Assembly: GCA_964016885.1 (NCBI GenBank)
Contig: OZ024740.1
Span: 166,408,001 to 166,472,000 of the forward strand
Source: Eledone cirrhosa
Taxonomy: Eukaryota
DNA length: 64,000 nucleotides
Direction of reading: 5' to 3'
Shown one piece after another: positions 27,817-44,069 of the stretch. Within the stretch, counting starts at the first letter, position 1. Each line of letters starts with the position of its first letter. The translations under genes and the position numbers were made by a program. Under the pieces are notes generated by a model. The model did not search any database. It was not told the origin of the DNA and saw only the letters and a program-made list of their open reading frames with translations.

Positions 27817-29981
27817 CTAGTAGCAGGACCCGGCGTTGCACGGGGTAGGAAACGTATATGCAAAGTTTGAGGAATGTAGCTGTGTACTTTTTGAATTCCC
27901 TTATTCTCAGGAATGATTGTTCATCTACTGGAAATGTGCAACACCAGCAGGCCCGAATCGTAAAACATCTGCATGCATGTGCAAAATCTGAAGAAAATCA
28001 GCTGGATACTCTTTACGAGTACTAAATCTTGGAGTATGATTGTTCTTCCTTTTGGAGAAAATCGCTTAGGTACTTTTCGAGTTTTATAGATTCGCACCCA
28101 GTCATCCGGACAAACATCATCAGTTATATCTATTGCACCTGCAGGCATTCTGTACAGAGTAAAGCCTGCAATGCTTCAGTAAGACATGTCATGCAACCAC
28201 ATGGCATGTTGGGCCTTTACCACAGGAGACTATAGCCTCTTCGTAAATCTACCCAATCTGATATAGACCGAACTATTCTATCGGATGCCGAACGCTTCGG
28301 AGTTACTATTGCGGTTCATATCAACAATTTCAAGTGGGGGTCACCACGGAATTAGTACAACCGCTGTTCGGTGTACTTGCGCAGGGCGGTCATACTGCGG
28401 TGTTGGTGCAACAAAAGGGGTCTTAGTAGAATTAGCACATACGTGAGTTTTACGGTGTTAATGACACGGCAACGTACACAGGGTCCGGATATGCGCGTGA
28501 TGAAAGCACGAAGCGTCAACACTGCGGACAAACATTTTAAGGCCCTCCTCATTTCCTCAATCCCCCGAAAATGGTCCTGCTTAAAAGTAAGTAAATGTTG
28601 TGTCCTTTGTTAAATAAACCAAATTTGTATTGAAATATTATACGCTACTTAGATGTTTAAGTAGCGTTCATAGTGAAAATGAAAATGGGATCTAATACAC
28701 AATGCTAATTCGTAAATTTCCAAGAAACCATTAATATAATCGGAAACGTTTTGGTCCACAGCAATGCAAGGGGACTAACTAATGCGTGCTGCAAATTTCG
28801 AGGAAATCGACTGATTATCTTTATGTTTCGCCTCAAAAAAGCCTAAAAAGGCCTTAAAAAACGCGGTTTTTCGCCTAATGCAGAAAAAGTTAAATGTTAG
28901 CTTAGAGTGACGCATGTGTAAAGTTTGAAAAAAATCACTCGGGTACTTTTCGAGTTTTAGGGATTTACAAACAGACAGAAAGACAGACAGACATCCTCTG
29001 TTTTATATATATAGAGACTAGCAGAAAACCACACGCGGGCGGTTTTCTGCTAGTCTATATATCTAAAACAGAGAATGTCTGTCTGTCTGTCAGCTCACTA
29101 AAACTTGAGAACCATCCAACCGATTGTTTTCAAACTTTAGACATGTAATACTTATGGTCCTGTGAGTGTTTGGAGCAAAAATGATTTCAAATTTTCAATG
29201 CCCTAGGGACCTCATTAGGCGATATAGCGTTCTCTCTATATAATTCTTAGTCTTTCTTTTTAGATAGATACATAGATATAACGTTGCGCCCTTATAATAT
29301 CTGTCTGTATGTCTGGCTGTCTGAATTACGTCATTATGACGCGCTCAGCGCGATTCCCTCGGCCTCAGTGACCAAAGTCAGTGGAGAGGGGAAGGTAATG
29401 TTTCTATAGCACGTGTTTTAGCGTCTATTCACTCTCTCTCTCTCCCTCTCTCCCTCCCGCTATCCCCCTCTCGTAGTATGTCTCTTTCTTTCACTCCCAC
29501 TCTCTCTCTACGCACGTGTTTCAACTGTCGGACAGACAGACAGAGAAATTGCTGGTTATATATATAAGTAGACTAGCAGAAAACCACCTACTGGGCGGTT
29601 TTCTGCTAGTCTATATATCTAAAACAGAGAATGTCTGTCTGTCTGTCAGCTCACTAAAACTTGAGAACCATCCAACCGATTGTTTTCAAACTTTAGACAA
29701 GTAATACTTATGGTCATGTGAGTGTTTTGAGCAAAAATGATTTCAAATTTTCCATGCCCTAGGGACCGCATTGGGCGATTTAGCGTTCTCTCTATATAAT
29801 TCTTAGTCTTTCTTTTTAGATAGATACATAGATATAACCTTGCGCCCTTATAATATCTGTCTGTATGTCTGGCTGTCTGCATTACGTCATTATGACGCGC
29901 TCAGCGCGATTCCCTCGGCCTCAGTGACCAAAGTTAGTGGAGAGGGGAAGGTAATGTTTCTGTAGCACGTGTTTTAGCGTC

Positions 29982-30018
<37 letters not shown>

Positions 30019-30195
30019 TCTCCCTCCCGCTATCCCCCTCTCGTAGTCTGTCTCTTTCTTTCACTCTCACTCTCTCTCTACGCACGTGTTTCCACTGTCG
30101 GACAGACAGACAGACAGAGAAATTGCTGGTTATATATATAAGTAGACTAGCAGAAAACCAGCTACTGGGCGGTTTTCTGCTAGTCTATAAGTAGA
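27817..30195 (-). mobile_element. Composite non-autonomous Helitron with two tandem ~560-bp units
   Basis: Minus strand begins A|TC at 30195 and ends CCCGTGCAACGCCGGG..CTAG|T at 27817. Tandem units 29054-29609 and 29610-30183 are joined CTAG|TC. Confidence 0.8.
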
Positions 30196-31249
30196 TGAAC
30201 AATCCCAAGTTAATCTCAGGTTTAAAAGATATGAAATTATATCTTAGTTGAGAAAATGTCAGAATTGCTCTAACTAGAAGATATATAATGTTTATGTAGC
30301 CTTATAATAGTCAATATATGTATATGAGATTTAGTTTGTTTTTTTGTAATGGTGTGAAAACATGTATATATATCATCAAAGTGTGTGCGCAGAACACTAT
30401 GCGTGAGCCAGCGTGTATTTTTGGGTGTCTCTCTGTGTTTGTATTTGTGCATGCATGTGCCTGTGTGTGTATGTGCGTATGTGTCCATTTGCATCTGTGT
30501 ATGTGTGTGTCTAATATTTTTGGAACATGTACGTTATTTTAGGAACGTAGCATTACATATTTAAACGAATTGTGATTTCTGTAATGATAATTGTAAAATT
30601 GTTTATTGCATCTTGAGATAACAGACCTGTGTATTAGAGAGAATTGTACAATAACAGAAGTTTGTATGATTAGGAAACGTTTTGTAATTACTGTTTTAAG
30701 TTTGTGTGAATTTTAAGAAAAACAGTCCTTGTTATTTGTTTTGAAGAATGGTGCCATCATTTAAAATAGATGAGCAGCAGAATATTTTCATGACATATTT
30801 GTTTTCGTTCGTTGGCAAAATCCAGCTTAGTGGTGTCATAAATTGTATTCACAATATTACGTTGGCAGTTCTGGGAATAGTGTTTTTATTTTTATTTCAA
30901 AATATAACTGCCTATATCGAAAAAACATATTCGTATGTTTCTTTGTATATAGAGTTAATAATGGTAACCGAGAATATGCTGCAAATAAAAGGTGTGTTCT
31001 TCTATCCAGAATAATTCAATAAACAAAAATACGACATTCAGAGTTAAGAATATAATGCAAAGGCGTTATTTTCAATTGATGCAGTGTAATAAACAGGCAT
31101 GTTTAAAATAAACTCACGGTTCATTTCCAATGTACATTCACAGTCTTACTTGAATTAATGACAATCACAATATCGTAATGGATGCTGATGAATTTACAGT
31201 GATTTAAAAGGATTGGAGTTCCACACTTACACACATCACGAATGTCAAC

Positions 31250-31367
<118 letters not shown>

Positions 31368-31628
31368 TGTGTGTGGAGAGAGATAGAGAGATTTAAAATA
31401 ATCAAAGTCAGTGTTGAAACATATATACAAATTGTATTTACATATTACTATTGTTTCGCTATCGGGACAATTCTAATATGCATATGAAGTTTGTACATAT
31501 GCTGCATTCTTGTAAATATATTTACACTCTGTGCATTACAGCCGTCGTAACACTGGAATACAACTCATAGGAGGCGGACCGTATCTCAGCATTGAGTGCT
31601 TCGAACGGCCGTGCCGCCTGTTACTGTT

Positions 31629-31666
<38 letters not shown>

Positions 31667-31679
31667 TGTGAGTATTATA

Positions 31680-31975
31680 TAAAAGATGGTTACATCTTCA
31701 TTTCGAGGATTGCTATCTCTTGGGTCCCATTCCAATACCTGGGTGGCACAAAGAAACACCTCCTTTTGTCTACAGCCAGCTATGCTCACGCAGGTGAAAG
31801 ATGTTTAAATCAAGTGATACCAGTGTTTGAAGCTTTTTTTTAAGTGAAAGGGGCATTTCAGTGGACCAGCCCAACTCTCTGAACAACGATGTCAGGTATC
31901 CAAAAAGAACATGTCAACATCATTGCCTGCCATCGAGTCACTGGTTTTACATCAGAGTTTCCATTATCCTAGAAT
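31680..31975 (-). mobile_element. Second copy of the RTE-like repeat
   Basis: AAAAAGAACATGTCAACATCATTG...ATCAGAGTTTCCATTATCCTAG matches the reverse complement of ~11935-12045. Confidence 0.45.
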
Positions 31976-33174
31976 GATGTAGCATGCATACAGAAACAGA
32001 CACAGACTGACAGACAGATACGCACACACTCTCAAACACACACAAAAAAAACATACGTACACACAAGGCACTCACTCACACACACACACACACTCACACA
32101 CACACACATATATATATCGGTCTTTTTATGTAGTTATTTATCACATAATACGTTGCTTCTCTGTAGCTTGTCTGTTATCTGTTAGTGCTTCTTATTGTTT
32201 CTATGTCTATGATGTTGCAATTGTGTTTATATATACACTCATATATGTATGCGTAGTTCTCTCTCTCTCTCTCCCTTTCTCTCTCTGTATCTATCTATCT
32301 ATCTCATATATATATATATAGTGTGTGTAAGTGTGAGTCAGAGAAACAGAGAAAGAGAGAGCGAGAGAGTGTCGGTGCGTGTGTCTATGCATATCTATGT
32401 GTCAGTGTGAGTCTTATAGAAGTATTCCGGAACCTGTAGCTCTTGTACATATAACATGTACACGAAGATGTCATGTAAAAGATACGCAACATGTCAACCG
32501 ATGTCAACATATAAGTGACAACACTGCCTAGCCCTTAGTCTAAATTTTCTTCACACCACCTCGTTACATACTTTTTACAGTATGACCCTCTTTTAAGACT
32601 TTTAAAATCAAATCAAGATTCTATGTCTCGCCTGACGTAAACAACTCCTTCTTTGAAAGACATTGGGGCTAGGTTAGTAAATATAACTATCAGGTGTGGT
32701 GAAACTACCTTGATTGAAAAGTTCACAACCTGTTCTGGGTTGAAGAAGGGTTTTACAGAAAGCATTTTACACAGAACATTTCTGACACATTTTCATATCA
32801 TTAAATATCAAGACAGGACAAAGAGACGAAGAAAGCAAAAAAGAAAGAGAGAGATAGATAGAGAGGTAAAGAAAGAAAAAAAGAGTCAGACGCACACAAA
32901 CAGTAAGAGAGATATAGAGAGAATTTTGAGAGAGAGAGAGAGAGTGAGAAAGAGAGAAGAAAGATCAAGTTACGTGTCCTGCTTATAAATTTCTTTATTG
33001 GACAATATGTACGTGTGAGTGAATGTGACAATACATACACTATATGGTCTATTTCGATGTCCGTTACTCACTAAGTATGTAATTCTCTCTCTTCCTTTGA
33101 TACACAGTCACTAAACACACACACACATGTATATATATTTACCCACCCCCTCTCTCTCTTTATATATATATATT

Positions 33175-33441
33175 AGAGTATGAGGCCCTATTCAGTTGAT
33201 TCATGTTTATTCAAAACTCCGTTAGACATGAGGACTGTCAGTTATGATAGCCTGAGCTCTTCAGACGGCAAAATCTAAAATAAACATTGAAAGTTTCTAA
33301 GAAATCTTTAAACTTGGAAAAACCCATTAATTTCCCTGAGAACATTTTATTTTCATGATACAGGGTGCCGGCCGAACGCGTGGAGTTGTTTCTTCAACGA
33401 CTTACCCTTGAATCAACTGAATACGGCCTCCGACTTTTTAT

Positions 33442-33443
<2 letters not shown>
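33175..33443 (-). mobile_element. ~230-bp non-autonomous element (family C) with inverted 3' piece and degenerate hammerhead
   Basis: Homologous to 34390-34617; CCGT-CTGAAGA...TA-ACGG; 33409-33443 is an inverted copy of its 3' end. Confidence 0.6.
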
Positions 33444-33508
<65 letters not shown>

Positions 33509-33574
33509 TGTGGGTGTTTGTGTGTGTGTGTGTTTGTACATAACTTTGATAACTTTGATAGGTGTCTGTCGGTA

Positions 33575-34300
33575 TAGCCCAGGCTATGTCTAGCTTAGTA
33601 ACACCACCTGGTGAAAAAATGTAAATCATGATTTGGACAACATGGCTCACTCAAGCAGTGACTTATTATTTACTGAGACATATCTGGGTGTAAGAGGTCC
33701 ATCCGGTATTTCTTGGAGAAATTTGTCCAAAGACGTTTGAATTTGATGGGGTCTGTTTCTGTTTTAATGTATTAAACAGAGCGGGACCAATTGAGGTGAA
33801 AGAATTGTGACGTAATGTTGTTATGAGAATGCGAGTTTGATTTTTGTTGTGGGCGGATAGCACTTTAAAGATGAAGCCAACATCATTTGGGCAATGCTGA
33901 TGGAATATTTTCTACATCATGCAGATAATGAGGCGTTCACGGCGGTGTTGCAGAGAATAAAGTTTGAGCTTTTCTAGTCGAACCCAATAGACACGGCCTG
34001 TCTATGCCGTCTATCTGTCTGTGATTGATCTGTGAGGTGCTTCAATTTTCATGAGACTTCGTTTCGTGTGGGGAGACCACAGTGAACAACATTATCTAAG
34101 TTGGGGTCAGGCAATAGAAGAGAAGTGAAGGATAATGTTGAGGATATCACTCAACTGAAAAGTTCTGAGCATCAAGGAATACATTCTTCGGGCCATGTCA
34201 ACTTTCCTGTTTATATGAGTGGCCCAGCTTATGTTGTTGTCGACAAATACTCCCAACTCTCTGATGTTGTTAGATGCCACGATATTTTCGCATGAAGGAA
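33575..34300 (-). pseudogene. CR1/L2-group LINE RT 3' fragment
   Basis: CSLWSPH, KLKLYSLQHRRERLII and NSFTSIGPALFN motifs; a (TA)n tract follows at its 5' side. Confidence 0.75.
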
Positions 34301-34323
34301 GGGTTACATGGAAGTCTCAGTGC

Positions 34324-34389
<66 letters not shown>

Positions 34390-34390
<1 letters not shown>

Positions 34391-34617
34391 TAGGGCGGTC
34401 GGCCGTCGAAGAAACAACACCACGCATTCGGCCGGCCCCCTGTATTATGGAAAGATAATCTTTTTCGGGGAAAGTATTGGATTGTTCCAAATTTAAAGGT
34501 TTCTTATGATTTGCCGTCTGCAAAGCACACGGTATCTTATAGTACTCAGTGAAATATGTATAACGGAGTTTCAAATAAACCTGAATCAACTGAATATGGC
34601 CACCGATCTTTTATTAA
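34390..34617 (+). mobile_element. Family C element with degenerate hammerhead (34514-34566)
   Basis: CCGT-CTGCAAA-...-GAAA-TATGTA-TA-ACGG; between (TA)n and (CA)n. Confidence 0.6.
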
Positions 34618-34618
34618 T

Positions 34619-34655
<37 letters not shown>

Positions 34656-34701
34656 CACCCACCCACCCACACCCACACACCCACATACCCACACTCACAC
34701 A

Positions 34702-34973
<272 letters not shown>

Positions 34974-35113
34974 ATTGCTCCAAGAATAACCTAATTAAGG
35001 AGATCTCTTATTGATTCAAACAACGCCGTACGTTAAAACAATCCATATTACAGAGTACTCACAACATCTTACTGGATTACCTAAAACGTTAACTTGTTAT
35101 CTCATATATATTT

Positions 35114-36078
35114 TGTCATATTTTCCTGAGTCAGTTTTCTCGTTGCTTTGGTCCCTGCAGCTGGCTTACCAGTCGCTGTCTTCAATTTGCAAAGCTGTCT
35201 AAACGTAATGTTATAATTCTAATGTAAAATACCTTATTGAGTGCTTAGCTGTACATTTCGATTGCATTCGTTAGCTTAGCTGCGGCCAGAGCTTCGATTG
35301 TGCTGTACTTCCATTTGTATTATTATCTCCTAGACTTAATGATTAATTGATTAATTTAATTACACAATTCTATTGATTGGCTAATTATTTATGTTTGTTT
35401 AATAACTGTTTTTACACTTGGCACAAGGCCAGCAATTACCAGTGTATTACTGGTACTTTATTTTCTCGATCCCCGTAAGGATGAAAGGCAAAGTTAACCT
35501 CGGCGGGATTTGAACTCAGAACGTACAGAGACGTAACTATGCTGGAAAGCATGGCGTCCGACTCTCTAACGTCTGGTCGAGAGCTTTATTCGGCTTGTGG
35601 AAAGTAATTTATTCCTTTGTTCAAATTTTGAATTTTGACCGCCAAAAGCCGGCGGTTACCTCCCTTCGGGAAAACCATGTAACTGCCAGCGGTGGTTACT
35701 GCTCAAATTCACAACCGGAGCGGCTGAGAACGGAAACCTGTTGAGAAAGTGAATCCTCTGTTCGATCTTCCAAAACCAATAACTTGCATACCCAGCAAGT
35801 GAATTTTGTTGATTTCGGATTTACAGAAACCTAGCGGAGATATTGTTTAATATCGATGCCATGGTCCAGGTGTGTCATATTTTCCTGAGTCAGTTTTCTC
35901 ATTACTTTTGTCTCTGCGGCTGGCTCACCGGTCGCCGTCTTCAATTTGCAAAGCTGTCTAAACGTAATGTTATAACTCTAATGTAAAATACCTTATTGAG
36001 TGCTTAGCTGCGCATTCCGAGTGCATTCGTTAGCTTAGCTGCGGCCAGAGCTTCGATTATGCTGCACTTCCATTTGTA

Positions 36079-36079
<1 letters not shown>
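35114..36079. repeat. Diverged ~206-bp direct repeats (35114-35320, 35874-36079) with a family-1 SINE (35405-35572, minus) between them
   Basis: TGTCATATTTTCCTGAGTCAG...CTTCCATTTGTAT occurs twice. Confidence 0.88.
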
Positions 36080-36122
<43 letters not shown>

Positions 36123-36337
36123 AAATGATGTGAGAAAAACCACAGACCCTCCATCTCAACTCACCTTTTGAAAAGCAGAAGAACTGCGAAACCGGTAAAG
36201 GAACCAAATAAATATATATATTTTTAAAAAAATAAGACTTCAGTTGCATTTTCGATTTCATCCCTTTTTCTTTATACTTCCACTCGTGTAGGACACCTCG
36301 GTTATTTTTCATTTTGTAAAAAAAACCTCACTTTCTA

Positions 36338-36432
<95 letters not shown>

Positions 36433-37342
36433 CGTACATATATATATATATATACATACAATCATACAAACCATCCCCTCATAAATATGTATACGAAAAT
36501 TCGCAAATCAGCCACAAATATCCTTGAATTACTTCGTCCGGCTTTTGACGAAGTTTCATTAGGTTGAACACGTACTTTTGGAATTGTAGAACCGTTTTTC
36601 CGTCGGTTGGGTATCTCCCCAAGGTGATTCGTGATCAGGGTGACCAATCACTAAAACAATGAACGAACTTGAGAAAACATTTCATGAAATCATCCATGAA
36701 AGCCGTTACTGAAAAATTAATCAGCTCTCCCACATGAATAAAATAACTTATAAAACTAGAGATAAAAAAGAGATTTTCACGGAAAACAATGTACACACCT
36801 CCCATTGCTTCGAAGTCTTTCCCTCATCCCCACCTCTTGAATGTCGATCAAAAGCAGAGAATGGCTTATGAAATTAAAATTGAATGTGAACAGGAGTGGG
36901 GGATCGCCATGAGACATATGATGGAATTCAAACTGAAACGCAGGGGGTGATTGACGGATTTCTGGGAGAGGACTCCTGCGTTGAATTTGAGATGTGGAAG
37001 ATCCTGTGGGATCGCAGAGTATGGCCCAAAGGGATGGTGTCCGAACAGAAATAATAATGGAAATGCATAATTTTCTTTACTTGCCACACATAATTATTCA
37101 TTCCCTATTACTCTCACCCTCTTCGTCTCTTTTTCTCTATCTCCTTCGCCCACTCTTTTTTTCACACTTACATACACACACATACCTGCATGCACACATA
37201 GACACCCACACATATACATACATATATGATTTCCTTCGAATGAAATATTTCTCGTCGTGTGTAAACCATTTTTATATTACATTTTGTTGTATACACTCTA
37301 CTAATTGATTGAGTATTTGTGGTTACCCCCGATTGGATTCGG

Positions 37343-37429
<87 letters not shown>

Positions 37430-37490
37430 GCACACACAAACACATACACACAAACACATACGCACATATATATATATATACATATATATA

Positions 37491-37996
37491 AATTAAAAAA
37501 ATAGAGTAAGAAGCCAGGACTATCCGTCATCAGTGAACTTCTGGCCATCATAGGCATTTCTTCGCATTAAAGATCATATACCTCAGGCCAGCGCGAGCAA
37601 TAACTAAATAAAGTTATTGGGATAAAAAGAATTGGGTGGAGAAAGAGAGACATGTAAACAAACAAGAATGGTAAGGCAACGTAAAGGGTGAAAAATCAAG
37701 TCAGTGATACAAGTGAACATAAGATCTGTCGAATCTTCGTTTTCTCGTAAATGATTTACCATATCTTATGTTCACTTGTATCACTGACTTGATTTTTCAC
37801 CCTTTACGTTGCCTTACCATTCTTGTTTATTTACATGTCTCTGTTTATCCACCCAATTCTTTTTATCCCAATAACTTTATTTAGTTATTGCTCGCGCTGG
37901 CCTGAGGAATATGATCTTTAATGAGAAGAAATACCTATGATGGCCAGGAGTTCACTGATGACGGATAGTCCTGGCTTCTTACTCTACTTTTTAATT
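37491..37996. repeat. Inverted repeat, ~235-bp arms with ~36-bp spacer
   Basis: 37491-37725 is the reverse complement of 37762-37996 with few mismatches; the left end abuts TA-rich repeat. Confidence 0.92.
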
Positions 37997-38047
37997 CATA
38001 TGTATCACATCCGCAACAAGGCAGCACGCCAATGTTCATCCCGTTAT

Positions 38048-38091
<44 letters not shown>

Positions 38092-38609
38092 GTGTATATA
38101 TATATATATATGTATATATATGTGTGTATATATATATATATATGTATATATGTGTGTGTCCGCATGTATCTGTGTGTTTCTAAATATATTAATAACTCCC
38201 TCTGGTCGAGCAATCTTTGAAGTGTGGGGACAACTGGAAAGCTTCCATTACTCATACTTCTCGCCTTCTTCACTACCTCTTCTACGGCCTCGATATGAAT
38301 ACCCCCTCCGCCTCCGTGGTATTTTCTTCGTGGTTATAAGAGGCTTAGCTCTGTTTCTCGACCGTTATATCGCGTGACTATCTCCCCCTCCGCCTTTTGG
38401 GATTCTTTCTCACGTCGTGTAGACGCGTTCTTGAGACTAGTAAAATGAGGTATCCTCTTGATAAGTTGGCAGACCTCGCAAGGACTCTATATCTTTGATA
38501 TATTGTTTTTGTTTATGCCACGAAACTACGTAGTCGAGGAATTTAGGAGCAGTTTAGGTATGATACATTTTATTACTAATTATATCTAAATGTTTCTTCT
38601 CTCTTCATA

Positions 38610-38649
<40 letters not shown>

Positions 38650-38943
38650 TATAAAATTATGTCCATAGAATGATTTGATAAGATATATACACCATTTCCT
38701 CTCCCAATTAGCATAATCAAACCACACAAAATCCAATTAAACCAGGCTATAAGATTAAAAGGCACCTATAAAGAAATAATAGATAAATAAACGACAGCCA
38801 TCTATTCGCGATCAACAGCTATAGAATATTTACCCAGCATTTCAATAGCACGTGGAAATCGATTAAATATATCGTCAACCTTACACAATTAGGTATAAAA
38901 TTAAAGTTAAAAGAAAAAATGTATATAAACATACCAGGATTAC

Positions 38944-39025
38944 GTTTCTACACCTTAGTGTTTCATTCGCTTTTGGAACTATCCGATTAAGGATCAATTC
39001 TCGAGCTTTGAAATCATCAGGAAAC
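38944..39025 (-). ncRNA. Type I hammerhead ribozyme with extended stem II
   Basis: GTTTC-CTGATGA-TTTC(~41 nt)GAAT-GAAA-CAC taag GTG-TA-GAAAC; fully canonical core. Confidence 0.82.
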
Positions 39026-39210
39026 AAACTCACTTGGACGAAGATTTTTCTTAAATGATACCCGCCAGAAACGAATTCAAAATGGCTAAGAACTGGGACG
39101 TGGCAGTGGTCAAGTCAGAAAAATGAGATTGGTGCCTTGCGGCGAGTGGTCTGGTTGCTAGAAAGCGCAGCCTAATATTGCCTACATTGCATCTCAACCT
39201 TATGGGAGTT

Positions 39211-39418
39211 TATCAAATATAAAGATTTACATATACACAAACTAGACAAAGTCATAGATATATATGTTTTTGGCAACCATTCACTATTCAATATATATAT
39301 ATATTGCTCTGATTATTTAATTTATTAATTCATCATTGAGCCACATCGTGAATGGTTGCCAAAAACATATATATCTATGACTTTGTCTAGTTTGTGTATA
39401 TGTAAATCTTTATATTTG

Positions 39419-39422
<4 letters not shown>
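39211..39422. repeat. Inverted repeat, ~74-bp arms, ending in (TA)n
   Basis: TATCAAATATAAAGATTTAC...CAACCATTCAC mirrored at 39348-39422. Confidence 0.92.
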
Positions 39423-39489
<67 letters not shown>

Positions 39490-39879
39490 CAATGTACGAA
39501 GGTCTTGACAGTTGTAAGTGCACATATTTCTGATGGTCTTACACCTACAATATAATCCTTATTTCCATCTTCTACTTATTTTTGTGTCCTCTCTAGGATA
39601 TGTTTGTAATCTCTGCACGTATGTTTGTCTTTCAAGTGTGTAATCCCTGTTCATGTGTGCTCCGTGGGTGGGTTTACAATAGTTCTGTCTGCTTTCGTGC
39701 GTGGACATATCTCCCTCTATGCGATCTATAGTGATGTTTATTTGCACACCAGGTAAAACAGATATATTCAATGTATGTAAACTCGGTATAGCTGTGTGTG
39801 TTCTCGTAAATTGATTGTAATTTGTATATTCATGCATCACGTGGCGTATTTGCCAGCTTTCCTGTGAAATATAAAGCGA

Positions 39880-42130
<2,251 letters not shown>

Positions 42131-42360
42131 TGAAGGTATGTATCTAGGAATATATATGTACGTTTATGTGGAAGTATGTATGTATGTATGGAGAGAGATT
42201 TGGAACCTTACTTAATATATTAACAGGCATGATCACACGATATAAAAACAGGTCTAATTACAATATAAACAGATGCATATGACTCACTGTCGGAAGCATA
42301 AAGGGAACAGAACGAATAGTAACAATAACATTAGCAACAGTAACAAGTACAATAGTAACG

Positions 42361-42431
<71 letters not shown>
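42361..42431. repeat. (ACT)n microsatellite
   Basis: Pure trinucleotide run. Confidence 0.98.
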
Positions 42432-43289
42432 CACTATTACTAACACGACCACCATTACTAATACCACTATTGCTGGTAGAATATCGACAGTCTTGACAAG
42501 ATAAACATAACGAAAAACTTTTAAGTGAACTGTGAGTTGTATGTGATCTGAGATTCAACTGTTAATATATACATGCAAATATATACGAGCAAATATACGA
42601 CAGATACTGTTAATTAAAAAGGTAACACTCCTTTCAGGGTTGTTTCTTTAACAACAACTCTTTATATTTCAATATTTATACACGGACACAGGTAGCCGTT
42701 TTATTTAAATAATCCTTTACAATGTACCTAATGTTCCCATCCTGCCCTCGGTAATAAGGTCTGTTTGCCCGAAAATAATATAATGAAAAACAACAACAGT
42801 AGATCTTTCACCATGACTTCCGGTATCCACCCCAACGCTTTGCATAATCAATGTGTCACCCTGCTTCTTTTTAGCTAAAGGAAAGACTTATTTTCCTAGC
42901 AACTACCAAATTTTATCCCTCTAAAGTTTTTGATATTCCTCGACTAAGAGCAGCATAATTTGGTGAGTTGTTACTTAGACTTGATGCGTTTCTCTGAGCG
43001 CACAATAATCTCATCAGCCTGAGGTGTACAGATAAAAGATAGAGAGATAGGCGCACATATATATAGATACATACATGCATACATAGAAACATACATACAT
43101 ACATACATGTCTGTATAGATAAACAGTGAAATTTATAGATATATAAATAGAGAAAAACGAAATTTTATTTGTTTCTAGTTGTAAGTAAAACTTCATTGTC
43201 TGTGATATATATATATATTTTTAACGATCGACTTTCGTCAAATCGGACCGAGGGAACAATGTTTCCGTTGGTCTTTCCAATTGCTAATA

Positions 43290-43439
43290 CTATCTATCGG
43301 TCGCAACTCCAGGTAGAAGGAGCAACGTGAAATAAAGTGTCTTGCTCAAGGACATAACGCATCGCATGGTCCAGGAATCGAACTCACAACCTTACGATTG
43401 CGAATCCAATTCTCTAACCACTCAGCCACACGCCTTCAC
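43290..43439 (-). mobile_element. tRNA-derived SINE, family 2
   Basis: Minus strand: TGGCTGAGTGG A box, GTTCGATTCC B box, then GTCCTTGAGCAAGACACTT. Confidence 0.85.
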
Positions 43440-43893
43440 TATATATAAGACGAAGCTTAGCTAATTCCTCCTTTTACATAGGCCAGTTTTGTAGTTAAAT
43501 ACTAAGTTCTGAAATATGCATTTCAGGTGTGCAACACCTGGTATTGCTCTACACACGTGTTCAACTTGAATGTCATTGATGTGCGAGGTGGAGACTTTCA
43601 AATTTAAGGGAGTTTGAAGGCGTCAAGTTTACCAACAATTTTACTGCCATATGTGTGTTGCAGGTTATCTCTGGAAAATAATGTATACTTGCACTGTAAT
43701 ACAATGGATATTGATACATGAGGTATTTATTCATACTTCCAGTTACCTCTCTTATCAAATCTATACACGTTTTTGTTGTTGTTATCTTGTTTATTTTCCA
43801 TTTGGTTCCGTATTAATCAGTTAAATATAAATGGTCTATAACAGTAAAGCGGAATTCTCTTAGATACCCATATAGCTGGAAAATCTGTGTGTG

Positions 43894-44024
<131 letters not shown>

Positions 44025-44069
44025 TAAACAAATAATGAATAAACAATTCCTTATATTAAACAAAAAAAG

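Noticed and set aside
36500-36580. Hammerhead-like CTAATGA with 8-bp hairpin on the minus strand (similar weak cases at ~13010, ~38420, ~40255)
   Set aside because: Two or more core or stem defects each; cannot be supported without a family consensus.
43360-43439. tRNA gene
   Set aside because: A/B boxes run into a SINE body and the cloverleaf is imperfect; SINE head.
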